DNA of 20,000 nt from an uncultured virus (IMG/VR IMGVR_UViG_2617271265_000001) (lineage: Duplodnaviria; Heunggongvirae; Uroviricota; Caudoviricetes). Under the pieces are notes generated by a model. The model saw only the letters and a list, made by a program, of their open reading frames with translations. It had not been told where the DNA came from and searched no databases. Positions 8,640-15,884 of this stretch are shown here, piece by piece. Every line of letters begins with the position of its first letter. Positions within the stretch are counted from its first letter, which is position 1. The DNA lies in the IMG/VR virus record IMGVR_UViG_2617271265_000001. One strand, written 5' to 3'. A program made the translations under genes and the position numbers.

Positions 8640-9146
8640 ATGGCTTTACCCCGTAAATTAAAATTAATGAATTTCTTGGGTAACGGTAATTCTTATCGTG
8701 GACAAATTACCGAGATCACCCAACCTAAATTGGCATTGAAACTGGAAGAATACCGTGCAGGCGGTATGTTCGGGCCGGTAAAAGTGAATTTAGGTGTGGA
8801 AGCCCTTGAGGCTCAATTCAAAATGGGCGGTTATATGACCGAGCTTTTGAAAGAATTTGGCGGTGCGATTGACGGTGTGCCGTTACGTTTTGCCGGTGCA
8901 TATCAACAAGACGACACAGAAGAAGTCACCAGTATTGAACTTGTCATGCGTGGTCGTTTTGGTGAAATCGACAACGGCACAAGTAAATCGGGCGATGACA
9001 CCGAACAAAGCTACACCGTACCTTTGACTTATTACAAAATCATCGAAAACGGCAAAGATATTATCGAAATTGATCTGCTCAATTCCGTGTTTATCGTGGA
9101 CGGTAAAGACCGCTTGGCGGAACACCGTGCTGCTATCGGTATTTAA
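8640..9146 (+). CDS. FII: Major tail tube protein FII
   Basis: MALPRKLKLMN, EEYRAGGM, LRFAGAYQQDDT, DRLAEHRAAIG motifs. Confidence 0.96.
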   Translation: MALPRKLKLMNFLGNGNSYRGQITEITQPKLALKLEEYRAGGMFGPVKVNLGVEALEAQFKMGGYMTELLKEFGGAIDGVPLRFAGAYQQDDTEEVTSIELVMRGRFGEIDNGTSKSGDDTEQSYTVPLTYYKIIENGKDIIEIDLLNSVFIVDGKDRLAEHRAAIGI

Positions 9147-9158
9147 TTTCACACACCT

Positions 9159-9180
9159 TGCCCCGAAAGGGGCATTTATT
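9159..9180 (+). terminator. Hairpin/partial terminator after the tube gene
   Basis: TGCCCC-GAAA-GGGGCA followed by TTTATT (imperfect U-tract). Confidence 0.6.
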
Positions 9181-9241
9181 CACCTTTGAAAATTTCCATA
9201 TTATTTTTGGAAATTTCCAGTTTAAAAACGGAAATTATGTT

Positions 9242-9538
9242 ATGAAAAACGAAACCTCAAAAATCATTACACTTAGCTTGCCGATTATGCGTGGCGACAA
9301 AAAAATCACCGACATTACAGTGATTAAACCCACTGTGCCGGCATTAAAAGGCTTGAAAATGTTTGATGTGTTGCAAATGGATGTTGATGCCTTGCAAGTG
9401 TTATTGCCACGGGTCACCCAACCGGTGCTACACAAAGCGGATTTTGCCTCTATGGAAGTGGCTGACTTCACAGAACTGGCTGCGGCGGCTGTCGGTTTTT
9501 TAGGGAAGAACTCGGAAACGGAAGAACCGACCGAGTAA
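9242..9538 (+). CDS. E: Tail assembly chaperone gpE
   Basis: Start at ATG 9242. ITL..PIMRGDKKIT, KP...LKGL, LLPRVTQP, ADFTELA...VGFL motifs; follows FII. Confidence 0.9.
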   Translation: MKNETSKIITLSLPIMRGDKKITDITVIKPTVPALKGLKMFDVLQMDVDALQVLLPRVTQPVLHKADFASMEVADFTELAAAAVGFLGKNSETEEPTE

Positions 9539-9687
9539 TTTTAATTGCTGCCACGGTAGAAGATGCCATGGCAGATATAGCCCTGATTTTCCACTGGCAA
9601 CCGCAAGCCTTTGATGAGATGACATTTAGCGAGCTTATGCAATGGCGTGAAAAAGCGAGAGAACGCAATGAGGCAGAAAGTGATTGA
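9496..9687 (+). CDS. E': gpE' extension reached by programmed -1 frameshift (gpE+E')
   Basis: T6 run at 9496-9501 (GGT TTT TTA). The -1 frame is open to TGA 9687 and encodes VEDAMADIALIFHWQPQAFDEMTFSELMQWREKARER, the E' signature. Confidence 0.88.
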   Translation, partial: FFREELGNGRTDRVILIAATVEDAMADIALIFHWQPQAFDEMTFSELMQWREKARERNEAESD

Positions 9688-9793
9688 TTATTTAATGGCA
9701 AAACCCCGTTATGTGATTTGGCGCATTTTGTTGGCTGCACTTCTCTGCTTTTGGCTGATCGTCATCTTTGGCATTGCTTTTCTTTTTCACTAA
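9668..9793 (+). CDS. Small single-TM membrane protein (41 aa; alternative GTG start at 9680)
   Basis: Not in track: MRQKVIDYLMAKPRYVIWRILLAALLCFWLIVIFGIAFLFH. Overlaps the end of E'. Confidence 0.5.
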   Translation: MRQKVIDYLMAKPRYVIWRILLAALLCFWLIVIFGIAFLFH

Positions 9794-9795
9794 TC

Positions 9796-9833
9796 AAGTG
9801 CGGTCAGAAATCAAGTTTTTTTTGACCGCACTT
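9796..9833. repeat. Inverted pair of Haemophilus-type DNA uptake signal sequences (terminator-like)
   Basis: AAGTGCGGT at 9796-9804 and ACCGCACTT at 9825-9833, with an AT-rich spacer. Confidence 0.9.
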
Positions 9834-9846
9834 TTATAAACATTTT

Positions 9847-10002
9847 ATGAAAACATTCTTTATTTTTTTACTCTATTTTCTCACGATTATTTCCATCGCC
9901 GGTTTCGCTACATTTTTAATGTATCACCACATTGATGGTTGGGGTTGGCTGATTTTTATTGAATTTTTAGTCCTTACTATAAATGTAAAAGTGAGAGAAT
10001 AA
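9847..10002 (+). CDS. Small two-TM membrane protein (51 aa)
   Basis: Not in track: MKTFFIFLLYFLTIISIAGFATFLMYHHIDGWGWLIFIEFLVLTINVKVRE. Ends 3 bp before gpU. Confidence 0.6.
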   Translation: MKTFFIFLLYFLTIISIAGFATFLMYHHIDGWGWLIFIEFLVLTINVKVRE

Positions 10003-10005
10003 ACC

Positions 10006-10443
10006 ATGCTCCAAAACTCCGCTCTTGCTACCCTTGGCGTGTTTGTGTTTACCCGTCAAACCGTGCCTTTTCAAAGTTTTGACCGTCAATCATCGTGGCG
10101 ACATCCGACTAACTCCGTTGTGGGGCAAATGCCGAAAACCCAATTTACCGGCAAAGATTCTGAAACCGTCACTATCAGCGGTCGATTAATCCCTGAAATC
10201 ACAGGTGGCACATTGAGCCTTGCGATGTTGGAATTAATGGCGGAAAGCGGTGCGGCATTTCCGCTGATTGAAGGGGCGAATTTTATGTTGATGGGATTCT
10301 TTGTCATTGAATCAATCCAAGAAACCCGAACGGAGTTGTTCGGCGATGGCACGGCCCGTGCGATTGATTTTACCCTTAATTTAAAACGCACGGACGACCC
10401 GTTATTGATCGATCTTGCGCAAAATGTGATGGGAGCATTTTAA
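10006..10443 (+). CDS. U: Tail protein gpU
   Basis: LGVFVF..QTVPFQ, WRHPTNS, QFTG...ETVTISG.L.PEITGG, IDFTLNLKR motifs. Confidence 0.94.
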   Translation: MLQNSALATLGVFVFTRQTVPFQSFDRQSSWRHPTNSVVGQMPKTQFTGKDSETVTISGRLIPEITGGTLSLAMLELMAESGAAFPLIEGANFMLMGFFVIESIQETRTELFGDGTARAIDFTLNLKRTDDPLLIDLAQNVMGAF

Positions 10444-11627
10444 TGTTTGATTTTGCTACGAATCACCGCACACCTAAATTTTCTGTGATTGTGATCACTC
10501 AAGATAAACAGAAAAACGACATCACGCAAACCGTTGCCGACCGTTTAATGAGTATGCAAATTGATGACAATCGGGGCTTTGAAGCGGATATGCTTGATTT
10601 GCAACTTTCCGATCATGACGGCAAACTCGCCCTTCCCCCTCGCAATGCCACAATTCAAGTGGCGATAGGTTGGCAAGGAGAGCCGTTGATTGATAAAGGA
10701 AAATATTTGGTTGATGAAGTACAGTTTTCCGGTTCGCCCGATACCCTCACTATTCGGGCCCGTGCGGCAGATTTAAAAGGCAGTCTTAGCGAGCAAAAAG
10801 AGCGGTCATTTCACAACATAAAATTAGGCGCATTGATTGAACAAATCGCAAAAGAAAACAAATTGGAAAGCCAATGTGCCAAAGAATATGCCGAACAAAC
10901 TATTTCCCACATTGACCAAACCAACGAAAGCGATATTAATTTACTGACACGCCTTGCGGAAGATTACGGCGCAATGGCAACGGTGAAAAATGGCGTGCTG
11001 CTGTTTATACCTTTGGGCGCAGCAAAAACCGCTACGGGCAAACCCATTCCAACGGTGCAAATCACTAAATCCGCCGGCGATAGTTACAATTTCAGCATTG
11101 CAGAAAGTGACAACTACAAAGCAGTGCGTGCCTATTGGCACAACCAAGACACCGGAAAACGGGGCGAAATTACAGTTGATACCAACACCAAGATTGTAAA
11201 AAAACAGCGTATGACAAAAGGTAGAACGCTGAAAAACGGTACAGTGAAAGGTAGCCGCTTGAGTAAGCGGAAATACAATAGCGTGGAACAGCAAGAGCCG
11301 GTAACAAGCAATAGCGATCAAATCAAAACTCTACGGCACACTTACGCCACGGAAGCATCAGCAATCAATGCGGCAAAATCCGCTTTTGACAAACTCAAGC
11401 GTGGTGTGGCAAGTTTTAGCATCACCCTTGCCTACGGCATACCGGATTTAATGCCAGAAACACCGGTGCAGTTGAGTGGGTTTAAACAAGAAATTGACAG
11501 GTCGGATTGGTTGATTACTAAGGTTTTGCATAGTATCAGCGACAATGGCTATACATCACAGGTGGAGTGTGAATTGAAGATTGAAACGGACGAAATCAAC
11601 GTGAAAAAAGGGGAAAATAATGCTTAA
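10443..11627 (+). CDS. D: Late control D family / baseplate hub protein gpD
   Basis: DNRGFEADMLD, IDQTNESDINLLTRLA, RGVASFSITLA.G.PDL.PETPV motifs. Confidence 0.95.
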   Translation: MFDFATNHRTPKFSVIVITQDKQKNDITQTVADRLMSMQIDDNRGFEADMLDLQLSDHDGKLALPPRNATIQVAIGWQGEPLIDKGKYLVDEVQFSGSPDTLTIRARAADLKGSLSEQKERSFHNIKLGALIEQIAKENKLESQCAKEYAEQTISHIDQTNESDINLLTRLAEDYGAMATVKNGVLLFIPLGAAKTATGKPIPTVQITKSAGDSYNFSIAESDNYKAVRAYWHNQDTGKRGEITVDTNTKIVKKQRMTKGRTLKNGTVKGSRLSKRKYNSVEQQEPVTSNSDQIKTLRHTYATEASAINAAKSAFDKLKRGVASFSITLAYGIPDLMPETPVQLSGFKQEIDRSDWLITKVLHSISDNGYTSQVECELKIETDEINVKKGENNA

Positions 11628-11786
11628 AATTTGTGCTTTTAGCAACCATGGAAAACAACTAAATGTTTATATAAAGAATGAGGAAAATCACAATGATGCC
11701 GACTTCTGGGCATTGAATGGATTCTGCCTTGGGTGATGGCATCGGCATTGGTGTGTTTGTGCGCGAAGAGATCACACCTTTTGGGA

Positions 11787-12299
11787 TTAGTTACCGATTG
11801 ATGAAAGTGCAGCAATCAACCAATCCGCGCCCTTTCCCAATGCTAATGCAAGAATTTATTTTGTGGCATCGGCAGGAAGTGATCGAACAAGAGAAGAAAG
11901 TCTTTGCTTCTCGTCAGGGTTTAACGATGACTGATTGATAACCTGAACAAACAAATCAACTGTATTGGGGTGAAGTTTGACAGTGGAAATATTCAAGATG
12001 GCAGATAATCCACCGTCACCCTCAATGAAGTCAACGCCCTTGTGTGTAATGCGATAACTTGTGCCTTTTTGTTGTTCTAGTAATTTATGCGCGTTCAAAT
12101 AAAGTAGATTGTCTCTCAAATGCTTCATCGTAGTTTCATTTACCTTTATTTTCGGAAAAAGTGAAAACTGTTCATTAAGATTAGACAATTCAGTTTTATT
12201 AATACAGACCGCATAAATTAAGCGCTCTTCAATAAAATTGTCATAATGTTCTTTTAAAAAATGCAAAACATGATTTTGTAAATCCCGGTCAACTTGCAT
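11787..12299 (-). pseudogene. Conserved phage winged-helix-like protein with apparent premature TAA at 11856-11858
   Basis: 147-aa ORF with NLLYL..H.LL, ITHKGVDFIEGDGGLSAILN..TVKLH motifs. After ..LPADATK* the same frame reads ILALALGKGADWLIAALSSIGN to a second stop at 11787. Confidence 0.55.
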
Positions 12300-12308
12300 A
12301 ATATTATT

Positions 12309-12515
12309 TCACCCACAAATATTCTCACACGGTACACCGTCATTGTCACGATCTAACCGGCTTACGCCGCATTGATTCAAATAAAATTTTGCCTGTTCGC
12401 AGGAACGCATATTTTTGCAGTAGGGAATTGGATCATCACAGCTGTATTTTTCCTTGGCAGACAACAGCGGGGATAATAGACAAAGTGCGGTTAAAATGAG
12501 GAGTATTTTTTTCAT
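12309..12515 (-). CDS. Secreted excalibur calcium-binding domain protein
   Basis: Signal peptide MKKILLILTALCLLSPLLSA; CKNMRSCEQA and LDRDNDGVPCE (DxDxDGxxCE) motifs. Confidence 0.9.
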   Translation of the reverse strand: MKKILLILTALCLLSPLLSAKEKYSCDDPIPYCKNMRSCEQAKFYLNQCGVSRLDRDNDGVPCENICG

Positions 12516-13018
12516 TCAGGTATCTCCCCTGTTTCAATTAAATGAAAAAACTGATTTTCATAAATAAGTTTTATGCCGAATGATTGAGCCTTTGCTAATT
12601 TAGATGGCCCTATCGTTTTTGAATTTTCGCATATGACTAAATAATCACATTTTGAGGTTACATCTGTAATTGCACGCAAGCCTACTTCGGAGGTTAAGTT
12701 CATTAATGCATTTTTTTGTGCTTTACCAAAACCCGTGAAACAAAAAGTGAGAGGATGTTGAATAGGTGTTGTGGATTTACGTTTTATTGCATTAAGTTTT
12801 TGATCGAACTGCTCAAATATTGCTGCTGGCAAGTTTTGCGCATAATATTGCGCTTCTTCATAGTTATCAAAGAATTTGATAACTCTATCCTTGCGAAATG
12901 TGATCACCCGATTTTTTTGCAAAACATAACCAATAAAATAATCTTCATTTTCTTTATGATTTTCTAACGTGTAGGCATTCACCTCTTTATGCCAATTCAT
13001 ATAAACAAAATGGCGCAT
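12512..13018 (-). CDS. WYL-like N-terminal domain + BRCT domain protein
   Basis: N-terminal F.Y.N...Y..GY....ITFRKDRV (WYL-like). C-terminal FCFTGF, VTSKCDYLV, GPSKLAKA...GIKLI.E.QF (BRCT). Confidence 0.78.
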   Translation of the reverse strand: MRHFVYMNWHKEVNAYTLENHKENEDYFIGYVLQKNRVITFRKDRVIKFFDNYEEAQYYAQNLPAAIFEQFDQKLNAIKRKSTTPIQHPLTFCFTGFGKAQKNALMNLTSEVGLRAITDVTSKCDYLVICENSKTIGPSKLAKAQSFGIKLIYENQFFHLIETGEIPE

Positions 13019-13710
13019 TATAAATCCCTCGGATTAATCGGTAACACTCGAATAAATTTCCCTCGAATAACCGCAGTATTGAAGAGTTCTTCGGTTATAT
13101 CAAAAGGGCGATAATTCTGATTATCTGATGTGGCTTGAATAACGCCTGTGGGAATACGTTGCAAACGCTTGATATAGGTATGCCCATTCAAGTCGAAAAT
13201 GTAAATACCCTCACCGTTATAACTGTTCACCTTGGTGTCAACAAAAACAATGTCACCTTTCTTGATGGTGGGTTCCATACTGGTGGTTGGCACGCTAATA
13301 AGATAGACATCTTTTGCTTGTTTTATGCCGACTATCTCCAACAATCCCTGCTCGCTAAACCAGATTGAGCGAATAATATCGGGATAACATTCATTGCTAT
13401 AGTCATCACAGCCCGCGATGGCTTTCGCGTCTAACTGGTGAATACAAATGCGATGTGCTTCATCGCTTTCAGACTGCATAGCCGGTATAACTTGATTTTC
13501 AATGGTCGCCGTACCCTCACCGGTTTCCAGCCAAGTTAAATTTACGTTATATATATTCGCAAATTTTTTTAACTGTTTTAGAGGTATTTCTTTTCGCATT
13601 CTCCAAGTACTAAAAGAACTTGGTTTTATGCCAAAAATATCAGCTAAAGCAGCGTCAGTATTAACTCCAGCTATTTTGTACATTCTGTCAATAGTTTCTT
13701 GGATTTTCAT
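13018..13710 (-). CDS. cI: Phage CI repressor (HTH + S24 peptidase)
   Basis: Likely start ATG 13710. HTH DAALADIFGIKPSSFSTWRMR, VNLTWLETGEG, Ala-Gly site (AIAG), catalytic Ser (SMEPTI) and Lys (IKRL). Confidence 0.92.
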   Translation of the reverse strand: MKIQETIDRMYKIAGVNTDAALADIFGIKPSSFSTWRMRKEIPLKQLKKFANIYNVNLTWLETGEGTATIENQVIPAMQSESDEAHRICIHQLDAKAIAGCDDYSNECYPDIIRSIWFSEQGLLEIVGIKQAKDVYLISVPTTSMEPTIKKGDIVFVDTKVNSYNGEGIYIFDLNGHTYIKRLQRIPTGVIQATSDNQNYRPFDITEELFNTAVIRGKFIRVLPINPRDL

Positions 13711-13738
13711 AATTCTTCCAAAAATCATAAAAAACAAG

Positions 13739-13788
13739 TTGACATGTTCGCAAAATGCAAAGTATTATAATTGCAAAATGCGAACATG
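13739..13788. promoter_or_regulatory. Lysis/lysogeny switch region: rightward promoter and operator repeats
   Basis: TTGACA 13739-13744 with TATTATAAT at 13763-13771. Perfect 10-bp inverted repeat CATGTTCGCA (13743-52)/TGCGAACATG (13779-88). Direct repeat GCAAAATGC at 13750 and 13773. Confidence 0.75.
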
Positions 13789-13835
13789 GTTAAGCGTTGT
13801 TAAACATTCTAACACAAAAATAAATAAGGTGAATT

Positions 13836-14003
13836 ATGAAAGCGGAAAAACAAGAAGCCGATCACAAAAAAAGATTAAGCAAAATCATCGGGTTCCGTGC
13901 CGATGAGGCGTTTTATCAGCAAATTAAACTCGCCGCCGACAAAGAACGCCGCAGCATTTCACAACTGGTGCGGATTTTGGTTGAAGATTATTTAGCAAAG
14001 TAA
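13836..14003 (+). CDS. Ribbon-helix-helix (Arc/CopG-like) regulator, 55 aa, in the Cro/Cox position
   Basis: Not in track. AAGGTG RBS. MKAEKQEADHKKRLSKIIGFRADEAFYQQIKLAADKERRSISQLVRILVEDYLAK fits the RHH pattern. Confidence 0.85.
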   Translation: MKAEKQEADHKKRLSKIIGFRADEAFYQQIKLAADKERRSISQLVRILVEDYLAK

Positions 14004-14073
14004 AACTAAGCTTATTTTCTCTAACCCCTTAAAAATAAATGGGAAATAAGTATAACAAATTAGGTGGTAAGTA

Positions 14074-14316
14074 ATGCAAGTAGATCATAAATGCGCAAAT
14101 TGCGGAAGTAAAAACATTCGTGTTCGCACATCAGAAAAAATCAGTTTGCTGTTAATTGATTTGATTGCTTATTGCAATAACTGTGGTACAGAACTGAAAG
14201 TGCAAAGCCAGATTGTACGGGTGCGCACGCCGATTTACAACGAACGACCGGAAGCCTTGCGGATTAATAAGCCGCTGAATCAAATTGATTCTAGGCAACA
14301 AGAAATCGACATCTAA
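14074..14316 (+). CDS. ogr: Ogr/Delta-like zinc-finger late activator
   Basis: CANCG...RVRTS...YCNNCG C4 zinc finger typical of the Ogr/Delta family. Confidence 0.8.
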   Translation: MQVDHKCANCGSKNIRVRTSEKISLLLIDLIAYCNNCGTELKVQSQIVRVRTPIYNERPEALRINKPLNQIDSRQQEIDI

Positions 14317-14407
14317 CATTTAATTCACTGTAGTAATTTTTAACTCTTGCTGATTCACAAAAATGAATCGGCGGGATTTTTGCAACCAAAATTCAGGAGA
14401 TTGCACA

Positions 14408-14695
14408 ATGATTAAACAAAAAAATAGCCAGAAAGTCACCGCACAGGGGAAACGCCGGGTGAATTTATACAAGCTGCAGCAACGCCTTGAAGCGCTGGAA
14501 AAACAAGTAAAACTGCAATCGCGCATTAATGCGCATCAGGTCCAGCACAATGAGACGGTAACGTTAAGCACCGAGGTGATTTTGGAACGGGTGCGCCGTT
14601 TAGAACGCATCGTGTTGCCGGCACAGCCTCCGTTTAAGAAACGGAACATTATCGCCCGTGCGCTGGCGCATTATCGGGCATGGTTGATTAAGTAA
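14408..14695 (+). CDS. Hypothetical phage protein (coiled-coil)
   Basis: AGGAG RBS before ATG 14408; in the early operon. Confidence 0.7.
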   Translation: MIKQKNSQKVTAQGKRRVNLYKLQQRLEALEKQVKLQSRINAHQVQHNETVTLSTEVILERVRRLERIVLPAQPPFKKRNIIARALAHYRAWLIK

Positions 14696-14712
14696 ACGGC
14701 AAAGGGGGCAAT

Positions 14713-15102
14713 ATGACGGGCAGTTATGCGGATTTACAGGCCATGCGGGCAAGACAGCGGGCGCATTTTGAGGCGATCGAACACAAACGCTTACATGGCG
14801 AATATCGTGGTTTATCCGGCCATGAAATTTTGCGTGCAGAAATGCAACGTTTGTTTGATGAACCGAGTAATCCGGCCACTCGTCAATATAACCGTTTTGC
14901 CCAAAATTGCCCGGCAAACAATATCGCCATGGCGCAGTTATTAGGCCTGCCGGCGCAATCGGATTTAACCGCTTATAACGATAATGAGCGGCAAAAAATT
15001 GCCGAGTTCATTCGGGTTGCAAAAGCGATTGTGCCTTATTTTTCGGTGCCGACAAGTTTGGCGGCGTTCAAGCATGTATTTCAGCGGATATGGAAAAAAT
15101 GA
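14713..15102 (+). CDS. Hypothetical phage protein
   Basis: AAGGGG RBS; co-oriented in the early operon. Confidence 0.7.
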   Translation: MTGSYADLQAMRARQRAHFEAIEHKRLHGEYRGLSGHEILRAEMQRLFDEPSNPATRQYNRFAQNCPANNIAMAQLLGLPAQSDLTAYNDNERQKIAEFIRVAKAIVPYFSVPTSLAAFKHVFQRIWKK

Positions 15103-15284
15103 TAGCGACTTTACTGGTTGTATATGGCGTGATGTTTGTACTCCTCGGGCTGAATTTTCTGTATTTCAGTTTGTGCGAAAAGGTATCAATACGGCTTTGT
15201 CAGGCGTTTTGGTTGTCTGTTTGTGGCGGTGCCGGCGCCATTGTTGTGGCCGGCGCGCTACAGGTGATTGATTGGTTAAGTTAA
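15099..15284 (+). CDS. Small two-TM membrane protein
   Basis: ATGA overlap with the upstream stop (alternative start 15090); two hydrophobic segments. Confidence 0.6.
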   Translation: MIATLLVVYGVMFVLLGLNFLYFSLCEKVSIRLCQAFWLSVCGGAGAIVVAGALQVIDWLS

Positions 15285-15288
15285 TACG

Positions 15289-15483
15289 ATGGATAGCGAA
15301 CAAAAAGAGTATTTATTGCAGTTGATTGCCGCGCAGTCATGGCAAATCGGCGCAAAAGCGGACAGCTGCTTAAAAGCGCTGCACGACGGACAGATGGAAA
15401 AGGCCGGCAATGCGCAAGCCGAATTAAGCGAAACCGTGAAGCGCCTGTTAAAGGTATGGGCAACATTAGAAACGGAGGTGTGA
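15289..15483 (+). CDS. Hypothetical phage protein, 64 aa
   Basis: Tightly packed in the operon; TGATG overlap with the next ORF. Confidence 0.6.
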   Translation: MDSEQKEYLLQLIAAQSWQIGAKADSCLKALHDGQMEKAGNAQAELSETVKRLLKVWATLETEV

Positions 15484-15575
15484 TGATAGTAAGCATAGTC
15501 AGTGCGGTCGGTTTTCTGACCGTTATCGGGTTAATCATTTTGGTGATGGTAAGTCTTGAACGTTGGGGAGAATAG
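15483..15575 (+). CDS. 30-aa single-TM peptide
   Basis: GGAGGTG RBS and TGATG coupling; MIVSIVSAVGFLTVIGLIILVMVSLERWGE. Confidence 0.55.
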   Translation: MIVSIVSAVGFLTVIGLIILVMVSLERWGE

Positions 15576-15578
15576 AAC

Positions 15579-15884
15579 ATGGTGATTTGTTTAGATTGTG
15601 GTTCTGAATTACAGATTCTAAAACTGGATACCGGTTATCAGTTACTTGAGATAATCGGGCAGCATGAAATGGCAGGCAAGCCGAAAGTGCGGAAAGTCGG
15701 GCGTATTCATAAAACGTTTCAAGGGGTGTTGGGTGAGGTACATCACTTCGCCCTCGAAGAATACGAAGCATTAAGTTTGAGTAAAATTCATGATGTGCTG
15801 AACGCCACCAGTGAGAAGGTAAAAGCCTATTTCGAGCTTCACAGCGACTATTTGGCAACGTTGGAACAGCCGGACGTTTTATGA
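15579..15884 (+). CDS. Hypothetical phage protein upstream of Rep A
   Basis: GGAG RBS; ATGA overlap with the replication gene. Confidence 0.7.
   Translation: MVICLDCGSELQILKLDTGYQLLEIIGQHEMAGKPKVRKVGRIHKTFQGVLGEVHHFALEEYEALSLSKIHDVLNATSEKVKAYFELHSDYLATLEQPDVL

Noticed and set aside
11620..11736. 38-codon ORF MLKICAFSNHGKQ... overlapping the end of gpD
   Set aside because: Short with no motif; cannot be told apart from chance without homology data.
11693..11938. Plus-strand ORF 11717-11938, and an upstream in-frame start (GAGGA RBS, MMPTSGH-TGA-MDSALG...) suggesting an interrupted gene
   Set aside because: It overlaps the better-supported minus-strand gene and its extension (11787-11938) and has no recognisable motif; probably a shadow ORF.
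13502..13906. 134-aa plus-strand ORF spanning the switch region
   Set aside because: Antisense to cI and crosses the promoter region; the real gene is the RHH ORF at 13836-14003 in another frame.
14011..14050. Weak inverted repeat CTTATTTTC...GGAAATAAG between the RHH gene and ogr, a possible attenuator
   Set aside because: AT-rich stem with a large loop and no U-tract; insufficient support.
15339..15482. N-terminal 48 codons of the 78-aa ORF 15339-15575
   Set aside because: Overlaps ORF 15289-15483; the strong RBS and TGATG coupling favour a start at 15483.
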